Source: Catajapyx aquilonaris
Taxonomy: Eukaryota
Direction of reading: 5' to 3'
DNA: 64,000 nt
Assembly: GCA_000934665.2 (NCBI GenBank)
Contig: JYFJ02000468.1
Span: forward strand, 62,001 to 126,000
Shown one piece after another: positions 1-10,212 of the stretch. A program made the translations under genes and the position numbers. The notes beneath the pieces are model-generated. The model ran no database searches. It was given only the letters and a program-made list of their open reading frames with translations, and was not told where the DNA came from. Within the stretch, counting starts at the first letter, position 1. Every line of letters starts with the position of its first letter.

Positions 1-702
1 CGTATATAAACGAATCTTGATCTTGAACATAAGCCAGACATTCCGCATCAGTGTGCAGCAACTGTATATGGGACACAAAAATTCAGAGAGTCGCAAGATT
101 GGCATTTGCAATGTCCTTACCCGATCTTCCTTGACTGGTACTGTGTGAATTGGAATTGGCTGCCATAGCAAGTTCTGGTTCCATATTTGGTCACCTTGTG
201 GCTGGAAAAGACCTGCCAGAACGCATTCCACGCTCATGAGAGATCGTAGTACATCGGTGCTTCTGACAATAACAGTGGTGTCGGAGTAAGGACCTATGAA
301 ATATCCATACCTCTCTCTGAGGTACTTGCCCAAGAGATACATGCGCATTTTGCCTGCCTGAATAAAGCAGAAACATTCAGTGCGGTCATATTTACACGAA
401 GTGCTGCACTAATGTACTGTACTCTGTACATTATTAAGAGATCCTAATCCTCCAGGCCAATACGATTCGTTTCTGTACGGGTCATTTGGACCCGGTTGCT
501 CGAGAGGATTTCTGTCTCCGTGCCGAAATAACTGGAATGTATAAAAGCACGTGTTATGTGCTGTGCTTGTCGATATGATGGAAGCGAAGTATAGGCTTAC
601 CACATGAAGTAAGACGAGTGACTGGTTTTGTGAAGGATCTTCGCGTCCAAGTGATGGTCCACATAATAAGCAGCAAATAAGGGCTAGCACACTCTTATTC
701 AT
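1..702 (-). CDS. AP1: histidine acid phosphatase, 5' part only (runs off the left edge)
   Basis: Signal-peptide exon MNKSVLALICCLLCGPSLG...LLHV, exon 2 LFRHGDRNP...NDPYRNESYWPGG, exon 3 ...RSTDVLRSLMS...WQPIPIHTVP, exon 4 starts at 61. GT-AG junctions keep frame. Closely resembles AP9-AP12. Confidence 0.9.
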
Positions 703-1052
703 GATGTTCAAGTCATGAAGATATACACTGAATGCACAAGTTTGCATTTTGATGTGACATGTTATGCACTTTGATAGGGGGGTAGTGATGCACTATTTCA
801 CCCAAGTCTAGCGGTCAAGGAGGTGATAATAAAACAATAGTTTGATACATTATTATTCCTTAATTGTTCTTATTGAAATTAGGGGGTGTTTCCTACTTCA
901 CGTCAATTTTATGATATTATTATCACTTCTTATCTACCTGCCGATTGTGCGCTTAATAGTCTGGTGCAGTGAATGATGCTGCTATTTGGAGACAAGTACC
1001 ATTAACGATTGTGAAATATAAATATCCATTACAAATCGTCAGCTGTAAATAG

Positions 1053-1291
1053 CAGGGTAACCTCCATGAGTGCCTCCCCACCTAGACAGGGTATTGTCTC
1101 TCCGACATATTGGACCTAAATCAGATTGGATCTGCATGCAGTGGAAAAATGTCCTTGAAAAAAAAAAATGGACGCTTGCCAATTTCCTATCCTCCAGCAT
1201 GCAATCTAGCTCCAATATGGACGTCCCATAAGGACTACGTGGAGACAATACCCTGGTTAGGGTGGGGGAGGCAACCATGTAGGGGACCCTG
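1053..1291. mobile_element. MITE-like element with ~50-bp imperfect terminal inverted repeats
   Basis: Left end cagggtaacctccatgagtgcctccccacctagacagggtattgtctc matches the reverse complement of ~1240-1291 with several mismatches. No clear TSD. Confidence 0.65.
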
Positions 1292-1589
1292 GTATATAGT
1301 ATACTGAAAATAATTCCGTATTCTGGAGTGAAATGCCATAGCTACTGGATGGTATTTGACGACATGCATTATAGGCATACATGCGACATGACGTACGTAC
1401 TGTACTGTTGAGCACATATAGTGTATCCTCCAAAGTTAACAAATTATGAAAAAATAATTTTACTAAATATAGAATTAGAAATTAGAATTAGTTAGAAGCA
1501 CCCATCAATAGAGTCGAGGAATGTTTAACAAAGTCTTGAACACGGAACATACTGTAGCCTAGGCTATTTGATAAGAATTCACAATGACG

Positions 1590-1633
1590 AATATTAATCC
1601 ACAAGAGCTCTCATGCCACAGTGATGTTCAGTT
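1590..1633 (+). promoter_or_regulatory. Putative Hsp70 core promoter (weak TATA-like box plus TCAGTT initiator)
   Basis: aatattaa at ~1590-1597 and arthropod Inr consensus TCAGTT at 1628-1633, ~125 bp upstream of the ATG. Confidence 0.3.
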
Positions 1634-1755
1634 GCTGAGCGACAAGTTCATTTCCAGTCGCAACAAACAGTGTTTAGTATAATTATATGGAACCCACCAA
1701 GAACTGTGGGTTGGGGGGAAAGGAAGAAGACACCGATTGAAGAAAGAGCAAGAAC

Positions 1756-3779
1756 ATGGTGGGAAAGGCGCCGGCTATTGGGATCGACCTGGGGACTACC
1801 TACTCCTGTGTGGGAGTGTGGCAGCATGGAAAGGTCGAGATCATCGCAAATGACCAGGGGAACAGGATCACCCCTTCATACGTCGCATTCACAGACACAG
1901 AGAGGCTGGTGGGAGATGCAGCCAAGAATCAGGTAATAAGGTTCAATCTCATCCGGCATATGCCAACTGTTAGCATGACCACACATATCATAACATATCT
2001 CATTATCAGGTGGCTATGAACTCAAGCAACACGGTGTTTGATGCAAAGCGACTCATCGGCCGCCGCTATGATGACCCCAATATCCAGGGCGACTTGAAGC
2101 ACTGGCCGTTCAAGGTGATAAGTGGTGAGAACAACAAGCCAATGGTAGATGTGGAGTTCAAAGGTGAGAGTAAGCGGCTGTACCCAGAAGAAATCAGCTC
2201 TATGGTGCTGGCCAAGATGAAGGAGACGGCAGAGGCTTTCCTGGGTCAGAGGGTCACTGATGCAGTCATCACAGTCCCAGCCTACTTTAATGACTCTCAA
2301 CGTCAGGCCACCAAAGATGCAGGGATCATCGCTGGGCTGAACGTCCTCCGCATCATCAATGAGCCTACAGCCGCAGCCCTTGCCTATGGGCTGGACCAGA
2401 ACCTGAAGGGCGAGAGAAACGTCCTCGTCTTCGACCTGGGCGGTGGCACCTTTGACGTGTCCGTACTGACGGTGGATCAAGGCGCTCTCTTCGAGGTGCG
2501 ATCAACTGCAGGAGACACACATCTTGGGGGTGAGGACTTTGACAACAGGATGGTGAGCTACTTCCTGGAGGAGTTCCAGAGGAAGTACAAGAAGGACCTG
2601 AGTGTCAACAAGAGGGCACTCAGGAGGCTGCACACGGCCTGTGAGAGGGCCAAGCGCACCCTGAGCTCCAGCAGCGAGGCCACCATTGAAGTGGATGCCT
2701 TGCACGATGGCATCGACTTCTACAGCAAAATCTCCAGGGCACGTTTTGAGGAGTTATGTGCCGACCTGTTCATGTCCACCGTAGCCCCGGTGCAGCGGGC
2801 ACTGGAAGACGCGGATCTGGACAAGGGGATGATACATGACGTGGTGCTGGTTGGAGGATCCACTCGAATACCGAAGATCCAGAAGCTTCTGCAGGAACTT
2901 TTAGAGGGCAAGGAGTTGAACAAGAGCATCAACCCAGACGAGGCAGTGGCATATGGAGCAGCAGTGCAGGCGGCCATTCTCTCCGGGGATCGATCACAGA
3001 AGATCAAGGACGTCCTTCTGGTGGATGTGACGCCACTGAGTCTCGGCATTGAGACAGCCGGAGACGTCATGACCAAGATCATTCCAAGAAACACCTGCAT
3101 CCCTTGCAGGTATTCGCAGACATTCACCACCCATTTTGACAACCAGACTGGCGTCAGCATCTTAGTGTACGAGGGCGAGAGGGCCTTGACGCGAGACAAC
3201 AATTTTTTGGCACAATTTGACCTAACTGGGATTCCGCCAGTTCCGCGATGCGTCCCGAAGGTAGAGGTCACCTTTGACGTAGATGCGAACGGGATCCTGA
3301 ACGTCAGGGCCAAGGACAAGGGCTCCGGAAAGTTTCGCTCCGTCACCATCAGCAACGACAATGGCCGCCTGTCCCAGGAAGAGATTTACCGCATGCTCTC
3401 AGACGCCGCGAAGTACAAGGAAGAGGACGACATGCACAGGCAGACGGCCGATGCACGCAACAAGCTGGAGTCGTACATCTTTGCTGTGAAAGATGCCCTT
3501 GTGGATAAGAACAAGGTGCCCGAGGACGAGAAGGTGCCAGCAATTTCCAGGTGTGCGGAGACCCTCACGTGGCTGGATAACAATCCATTAGCCGATAAGA
3601 ATGAACTGGAAGACCGCTTCGAGGAGCTGAAGCAGTTCTGCCAGCCTCTGATGATGAAGGTGTACGAAGCTGGTACTAAAGATGGACGAGGAGACTTTGT
3701 CGGAGACCGCCGGGTCATGGACGGCAATGAGAGATACCCAGATGGAAAGGATGAACCGATCGAGGACTTGCTTAACTAA
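1756..3779 (+). CDS. hsp70: Hsp70-family chaperone, 648 aa, 2 exons (1756-1932, 2010-3779), non-canonical C-terminus
   Basis: Motifs [34 protein letters not shown], linker [13 protein letters not shown]. 77-bp phase-0 GT-AG intron at DAAKNQ|VAMN. Ends DEPIEDLLN. Confidence 0.97.
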
Positions 3780-4039
3780 TGAGAATATTCTTTCATCTTT
3801 GCCACACACTATGGTGTCCTATACGACTCTTGAATCATTACTCCCTTCCAATGTGTATGTATATTGTATCCACAACAACTTTGAATCTTTTACCGGAACA
3901 AATTAAAGTGTATATACATCTATACCCCTGTAATTGTGTTTCATTGTGTACTGCGGCTCTTTTCATATCCTTAATAGAAGAAGACGCATCAAAAATGTCC
4001 GACCCAAAGAGTTCTGCTATAATAATTATGGGTATTATA

Positions 4040-4625
4040 CAGGGTGGTCGGTAAATGGCGCACAAGCTTCAGGTAGCGAGATTCGTTGTGAAAAACCAGT
4101 ATATGGAAGTGAAGGTCATATTACTCTACGAGGCCTGGTTAGGGCTCACGAGGCCTCCAAAGTTTGGGCCAAATCATGACGTCACATCCGCCCGCGAAAT
4201 TTAAACACTACCGTATCGCTACTGTCTGTGATTTCGTTGCCAGGGATTGCCATGTTGACATCCCCCACATTTCCACCCTACAATGGAACCGTATAAACTC
4301 ATATGGACGTTGCCAGGCACACGGCGACGAAGGTATGTCAATGCCTGGCAACGTCCCGGCGAGTTTATACGGTTCCATTGTAGGGTGGAAATGTGGGGGA
4401 CGCATGTCAACATGGCAATCCCTGGCAACGAAATCACAGACAGTAGCGATACGGTAGTGTTTAAATTTCGCGGGCGGATGTGACGTCATGATTTGGCCCA
4501 AACTTTGGAGGCCTCGTGAGCCTTAACCAGGCCTCGTAGAGTAATATGACCTTCACTTCCATATACTGGTTTTTCACAACGAATCTCGCTACCTGAAGCT
4601 TGTGCGCCATTTACCGACCACCCTG
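4040..4625. mobile_element. Near-perfect 586-bp palindromic (foldback) MITE, Tc1/mariner-like
   Basis: TA|CAGGGTG...CACCCTG|TA termini. The ~280-bp arms are almost perfectly reverse-complementary around a ~25-nt loop, which is why the mirror ORFs 4164+ and 4501- begin identically. Confidence 0.92.
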
Positions 4626-4906
4626 TATAATACCTAGACAGCAGAACACTCGGGGTAAAATGTAAGGCAGGCTAACAATGTGACCCAAGTAGAGATGGCG
4701 GACGCCTGACATTATTGGACTAATTGTTGTCCCAGTGTGTTGTCATTATTGGTTGTTGTCCCAGAACTCTTTGTTCTGACCTGTCACTTGCTGGACGCAA
4801 GTGAAATAATGTGCAATTTTGAGAAGCACCCCCCCCCCCTCCTCCTCCCCATCCGTATTCGAATTGTGATTGGCGCTCCTTCCAGAAATGTTCAGAAGGG
4901 TCCAAT

Positions 4907-6105
4907 GGTAAGGGTGCAGTTTAGAGCCGCAAAAGTCTTCCAGGTTTCTATATATTTTCTGAATCTACTCGATGAGATGAGTCGAATGACACTATTCCTA
5001 GTGTGCGGAAATGCTTGGTGCAAGAGTAATTGAATTGTGAAATTGCAAGTAATAACAATGAATAAATGAAAATAAACAAGTGTTCCTTTGTTGAAACAGT
5101 TTACTCCCATTGTTGAGTGAATGAATATCCGTGGGAATTTTAAACGTAGTTTGGGGGTTGTGTGTTCGCAGAAATACTGTCCGCCTTGTGGTGGCGTAGA
5201 TGTGGGTGTTGCGGATGTGGATGTGGCAAAGCCACAATAACGTTCGTTGGCCTGCGGCGCCACAAGACGGACAGTAAATGTTGCGGATACAGAAACCCAC
5301 AATAAGCGCCCAGCTCCGCTATCGCTCCGCAAAAACTAAAAATATCACGCACAGGCGACGTACCGTGCCTGGCAGGGCCACAAGACGGACAGTACTGGTG
5401 CGGTCACACCAACGCCTCACAGATAACACCAACACAATCAGAGTGGGGCATGCCTTGAGTAAAAGCTTAAGATTCATTTTACGGCAACACTTGTTGGCGG
5501 GCAAGAGGCCTCGAGCAGTGGCCCAGGAGATACCAAGCAACCTCCCTCATTACTTCCAGGAAGGCTTGCCCAATTATTCCTGATAAGCACCGATGCAATG
5601 CCTCGGCCATGGACGCTCCTGAATGATGTTAAATTAAACTCCTACACTCTCGTTCCAACGAACCAAGAACAACCGTTTATTTACATCATTCAGCATCCCT
5701 CTCAGCACGTTTCCATGGAATCTCTCACGTTTCCACGGAGAATCACCTGACGCAACAATGGGAGTGAACAGTCTCAACAAAGGAACACTTGCTTACTTTA
5801 ATTTTATTCATTGTTATCACATCACCATCATCATCATTTACTTCACGGCAAAATAATCCCATAGAGGGGTAGCCAGCGGAGTACAGGTTGCCCCTGTCCC
5901 CCTCGTATGACCTACAAAATGACACTCTGGTGGATGGTCAGGCCACGCAGTTTCAACACACACATGCAATTTCAAAATTCAATTACTCTTGAACCACACA
6001 TTTCCGCACACTAGGAATAGTGTCATTCGACTCAGCTCATCGAGTAGATTCAGAAAATGTATATAAACCTGCAAGATTTTTGCGGCTCTAAACTGCACCC
6101 AAGCC
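4907..6105. mobile_element. Non-autonomous DNA transposon with long TIRs and 8-bp TSD, Merlin-like
   Basis: ~210-bp TIRs (GGnnnGGGTGCAGTTTAGAGCCGCAAAA...), GG..CC termini, perfect TSD GGTCCAAT at 4899-4906 and 6106-6113. Confidence 0.8.
5823..5965 (-). mobile_element. Short retroposon 3' fragment with (ATG)n tail, nested in the right TIR of the Merlin-like element
   Basis: ~140 bp absent from the left TIR. Starts with catcatcat repeats. The ggggtagccagcg segment recurs next to (cat)n at ~19203-19255. Confidence 0.5.
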
Positions 6106-6240
6106 GGTCCAATAATTAGTCTATGTGCAAAGTGGCACCTCTATCCCGAAATGTATAGTTCACCTAGCCATTTTTCGCCCTTGGAATATTATAATATGCC
6201 TTGCAGTTGAGGCCCGCGCCGTTTGTGCTTCTACCGATGG

Positions 6241-6400
6241 CCTCTAGATGTCTCCAGAGAGGTGTGGTCATTTCTAGAGTGCGTCTAGGGCACTGGAAGC
6301 GGGAAGGAGCCAATCAGGTGACTAGGATGGTCGGTAGGGGGCGGGGTCTAGACCCAGAATGTGCCAAAACAGACGTGTGTTTTCCAGATATATCCGGAAC
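6241..6400 (+). promoter_or_regulatory. Probable promoter of the SWSAP1-like gene (CCAAT box, GC box, HSE-like arrays)
   Basis: agccaatcag ~6308-6317, ggggcggggt ~6338-6347, phased pentamers tTTCc-aGATa-tATCc-gGAAc at 6381-6400. Confidence 0.45.
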
Positions 6401-6714
6401 TGTTTATTGGAATATTTTTGACGTACTGTACACTTGCACAGGTAATTACTGGAGGCATACTGTGTACCGTACGTAACGTGGGTCGCCGGTTACCATGCAC
6501 TAGGCACCGAGCAATGCCCCTTACACTGCACAACACACAGTAACCATCGCTTGAACTTCTTTGGTAGGCCTACGTACAGTACCTTTTTGGTTACACTTTG
6601 GATGGATGACATCCAAAATCATTCCCATTGACCTGTATTTTAATTGCGTATTTTAAATTACACTATTTTGTATCTACACAGATTGCCGCAGGAGCACCTG
6701 CAAGACCTGTCAGA

Positions 6715-9172
6715 ATGGTCAGCAGAATGGCAGGCAACGCAGTCAACCAGATGTCATCGTTTCTCATTCGTGGGCCTGCTCACACAAACAAGACTACACT
6801 TCTATTGCAGGTCATAAGTCGAGCAATTAGAGCACTAAGGAATGTAGTAATCTGAATGAAGAGAACAATAATATTGTAATGCATGGGAATTTGCATTACA
6901 GAATTTGGTTTGTTTGAAAGAATGTTCGGCACAGGCTTACGACATTTGTTGTTGTGGTTTGGTAGATGCTGCAGGTTGTGTGCGTAGAATCTGCTGTGTT
7001 TTCCAGGGGGAAATTATGTGAATGTTTATGCCAGTGGTTTCCAACCTTTTACCAATTGTGACCCCCTAAACATGTTTCCATAAATGTACAACCCACCCGG
7101 CTCCTTCCCATCTCCCAGCCCCTCCTATTCATTATTGCACATATATTGCAAAAAAAAAAAATTTGAACCAAATCTAGCGACCCTGCTTGCAACCCCCAGG
7201 TTGGAAACCACTAGTATATGCTAAGGCAGCCCTAACATTTTGAAGGAGCTGATATTGTTCTTGATTTGCTAAGGCTGGAGGAATATTTTCCATACAGTTG
7301 TATGACATACCTGGCATCACAGTAGGTTATACAAAAATATTGTGTAAAGAATATAATAAGTGATACATATTAAGATTTGATTGCACTACTAATGCATGAC
7401 AAAATATTCCATGCCACAGTACTTTGTACATACAGTAGACTCAGGATGTAAAAGACTTCAAGGGACCGTGAATAACTGAGGTATGTTATAGCCAGATACA
7501 CAGGCCATATACGCATATACGAGTATAATTATGGAGGTATGGCGGGACAGGCCTTTTAAGTCTGTTGTAACTGAGAGTCTGTTAGACCCGAGGCTATCAG
7601 GAGTCAGCTGTATATCATATCCATTGCCAGTATATTATATGAACAACCGAAGCAGGTTGGTGTAGTGGATATGGAGTCCGCCTGCTAATCGGGAGGTCCT
7701 GGGTTCGAGGTTCGAATCCCGGTGCCGGCAACTCTGACCGTGGTTTTCTGTGGTTTCCCACGGTTCCTCCAGGTGAATACCGGAGTTGTTTCCTAGTTAA
7801 TAGGCCACAGCCGCTTCCTTCCATCCCTATCCCGTCCCAAAAAGCGAAATGAAGTTTACAAGAGTTCCAGCCAAAAAAACAAATCTCCCCCCTAAAAAGC
7901 CAGAACGGCTTCAATGGGGTATGATATTATTATATTATATAGGGTTGCCACAGACCTTGAAATCCTTGAAAAGTCAGGGAATAAAAAAATGGTCAGGGAA
8001 ATCAGTGAAAAGTCAGGGAATTTGAAAATGGGTCAGGGAAAATGTGTTTAAAATCGCTGACCTAACGTCGGTCGCGGATAGGACCGTCTCAGTTTGTACA
8101 TGTGATTATCATTGCGGGCCGGCATGCGTTTCATTAAACAAAAAAAAAGCCAAAAATGCGTCTGATTTACACCCCTTGCTGTGTTCTTTTTTGGAATGGG
8201 TTTTTTGAGTTTGCTATGGGTATGTCGAAAGGTCAGGGAATTTTGATAAAAGGTCAGGGAAGAGTCAGGGAAAAGTCAGGGAAATTAAAAATGGGAAGCC
8301 TGTGGCAACCTTTGAAGACATTTTAAAATTCTTATGAAATTCTTATTCACCCATGCAGGCAGCAGTTGAAAATGGGCAGGCAGGCCACCGAGTTGACTTC
8401 ATAAGCCAGGTTCCTATCAATCAATTGATTGGCACCAAAGATAACCTTTCAGCGTTGATGCTGGATTGTCTCCACTTCATGTGAGTAGACCTGTCTGTGT
8501 CACATTTTTTACTTTACTTCCAAAAATGCTGTCAGTTAAGGAACAGAATTTATAACAATCCCTGAGAAGCATTACTTGAGTTAATGATAACACTTGATGG
8601 TGTGTTAAGTACACTGGGTACACTTGAGTAATTAACTACATTCTTTCAGACATTTTAAGGACCACAAGGAGCTTACTGCATACCTGACCTGCCTTCACAT
8701 GAATCCAAACCCTCCATCAGTCCTGTTGGTGCACAATCTCAACAATTTTATGTCGAAAGTGGACGGTGACGTTGAGGACACTGAGAGCAACGTATCCTTT
8801 ATACTGGCCCGGACGTGTGCCTTGCTGATAGACACAGCCAGTTTTTGTGGCCGGGACTTGTGCAAGTCTGAAGGAAAGATTGCCGTCACCTGGGAAACCG
8901 GCACGCCAGTTATTCCAGATCTGCTGTTGTCAGATCTTGATGAAATGTTCAGAATCTTATTCCAAAAGGTATGGAAGAGTGAGAGAGTGGATCAAGATTC
9001 AGTCAGATTTGTGCCAGATATTGTGAGATGTGATGACAAAGGAGAGGGAATTGTAGCAAGGAAGGGAACTTCAGTGGTTCATCAGTTGGGATTGTTTTGT
9101 CCAATGATTGCCAACAGGGCAGTGAAATGTGAGGGGAATGGAGATGAATCAAATCTAGATCGTATTGCATAA
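6715..9172 (+). CDS. SWSAP1: SWSAP1-like ATPase (RAD51 paralog, Shu complex); exons 6715(or 6751)-6810, 8359-8480, 8650-9172
   Basis: Spliced product FLIRGPAHTNKTTLLLQ|AAVENGQAGHRVDFIS...LDCLHFI|HFKDHKELTAYLTCLH...PPSVLLVHNLNNF...CALLIDTA parallels human SWSAP1 as I recall it (LLLLGTPGSGKTALLFAAA...PSLLLLDGLEEY...ALLLDTA). Junction phases are consistent. Confidence 0.75.
7032..7213. mobile_element. hAT (Charlie-like) MITE in SWSAP1 intron 1
   Basis: TIRs cagtggtttccaacct / aggttggaaaccacta. 8-bp TSD with one mismatch: gtttatgc (7024-7031) / gtatatgc (7214-7221). Confidence 0.8.
7646..7939 (+). mobile_element. tRNA-derived SINE, family 1 (Nin/Deu-like core), copy A
   Basis: A box TGGTGTAGTGG, B box GGTTCGAATCC, core ggttttctgtggtttccc...ggccacagccgcttcctt, (TAT)n tail. 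Homologous to 22053-22343. Confidence 0.85.
7940..8312. mobile_element. MITE with short TIRs and subterminal GTCAGGGAA repeats (hAT-like)
   Basis: tagggttgccacag / ctgtggcaacc ends. About eight gtcagggaa motifs clustered near both ends. No TSD seen. Confidence 0.7.
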
Positions 9173-10212
9173 TACTGATCAGTTTTATTCATGAAGCTCT
9201 TCGTATGTTACTTAAAATTGGTGCTCCAGGCAATGCTGTATTTCTAAGTACAAACATTATTTTGCATTTGCAGACGAGCAGTATTATGTATTCAATTCCA
9301 TGTATTGCCATTTATATTTCCGTTACCATACATGTTCTTATTGAACATATATTGTGACACTTGTGAGGGTCAAATTTTGTTTTTGTTTGTGCCTTGCACA
9401 TGGTTTGTCTGCGTAGTTCGTAAATGAAAAGATTTTTTTCTTGAGAGGGAGGAGTAACTTCGCTGCATACATCAAATGAAGAGTGATTCTAGTGCATCAT
9501 TAGTCCATGGATCTTGAGAACATCTTCAGAACAAGAAGATGGCAGTTGTAGTCATTTTACAGTTCCTCAATTTTTGAATCTTTCTGACTGAATATGCAAC
9601 AATTGTAATCTGAAGATAATTATTTAAGATTACATAATTATGCATTCATATTTTTTATCCACCAGAATTATTTGTGCATCTTTATTATGAAGAAAGATGG
9701 AGATATTTTCGGTAAAGGTTTCAGGCCAGAATAGATCTCACATAGCTAAAAATACCATGAATATTAGGGATGAAACTAATTTTATGTGTGCGGTAATATA
9801 ATAAACAGTGTGTTCGTGCGCTGCCCATATTGGGCATCTGACACAATACCTTTATTTGCTCAGATACTTTGTACAGGAGTGTTGTACTTCTTACAAAACT
9901 GAGCAGGGGAGGGCTATAACTTAGATCAAAATATCACTCCTTTTAAAGCTAATAGGTACAACTAGCCTAAATAATGGGAAAGTTACCTCTGTGAGGAAAG
10001 TTGTAGCAGAAGGAAATGAATAGTAAAAGTTACAGCTGTTACATGCATTTTCAATTTGTTTTATTGTTAAAATCATGGTTCTCCACTACATGAATTTTCT
10101 GTTATTTTTGTCCATTGCAACTGTGCTAGCTATTACATCCTGCTCCTCTAGTGGTTACTTGCATGGCATGTAGCCATTGTGTCCTGATGGCTATCATAGA
10201 GATCGGTCACAA

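Noticed and set aside
191..376. Suspected frameshift in AP1 exon 3
   Set aside because: Re-reading the reverse complement gives gta cta cga tct ctc atg agc (VLRSLMS) in frame. The listed ORF is just another frame.
2022..3809. Long antisense ORFs over Hsp70
   Set aside because: Shadow ORFs caused by codon bias in GC-rich hsp70 coding sequence. No independent evidence.
4164..4501. Two 97-aa ORFs with identical N-termini on opposite strands
   Set aside because: A by-product of the palindrome. No coding features.
5278..5583. ORFs inside the Merlin-like element as host genes
   Set aside because: They lie between TIRs and have no recognisable motif. At most decayed transposase remnants.
7646..7730. 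tRNA genes at the SINE heads (also ~22053 and ~53887)
   Set aside because: A/B boxes are present but there is no clean cloverleaf, and each continues into a SINE-like body (tail and TSD in family 1).
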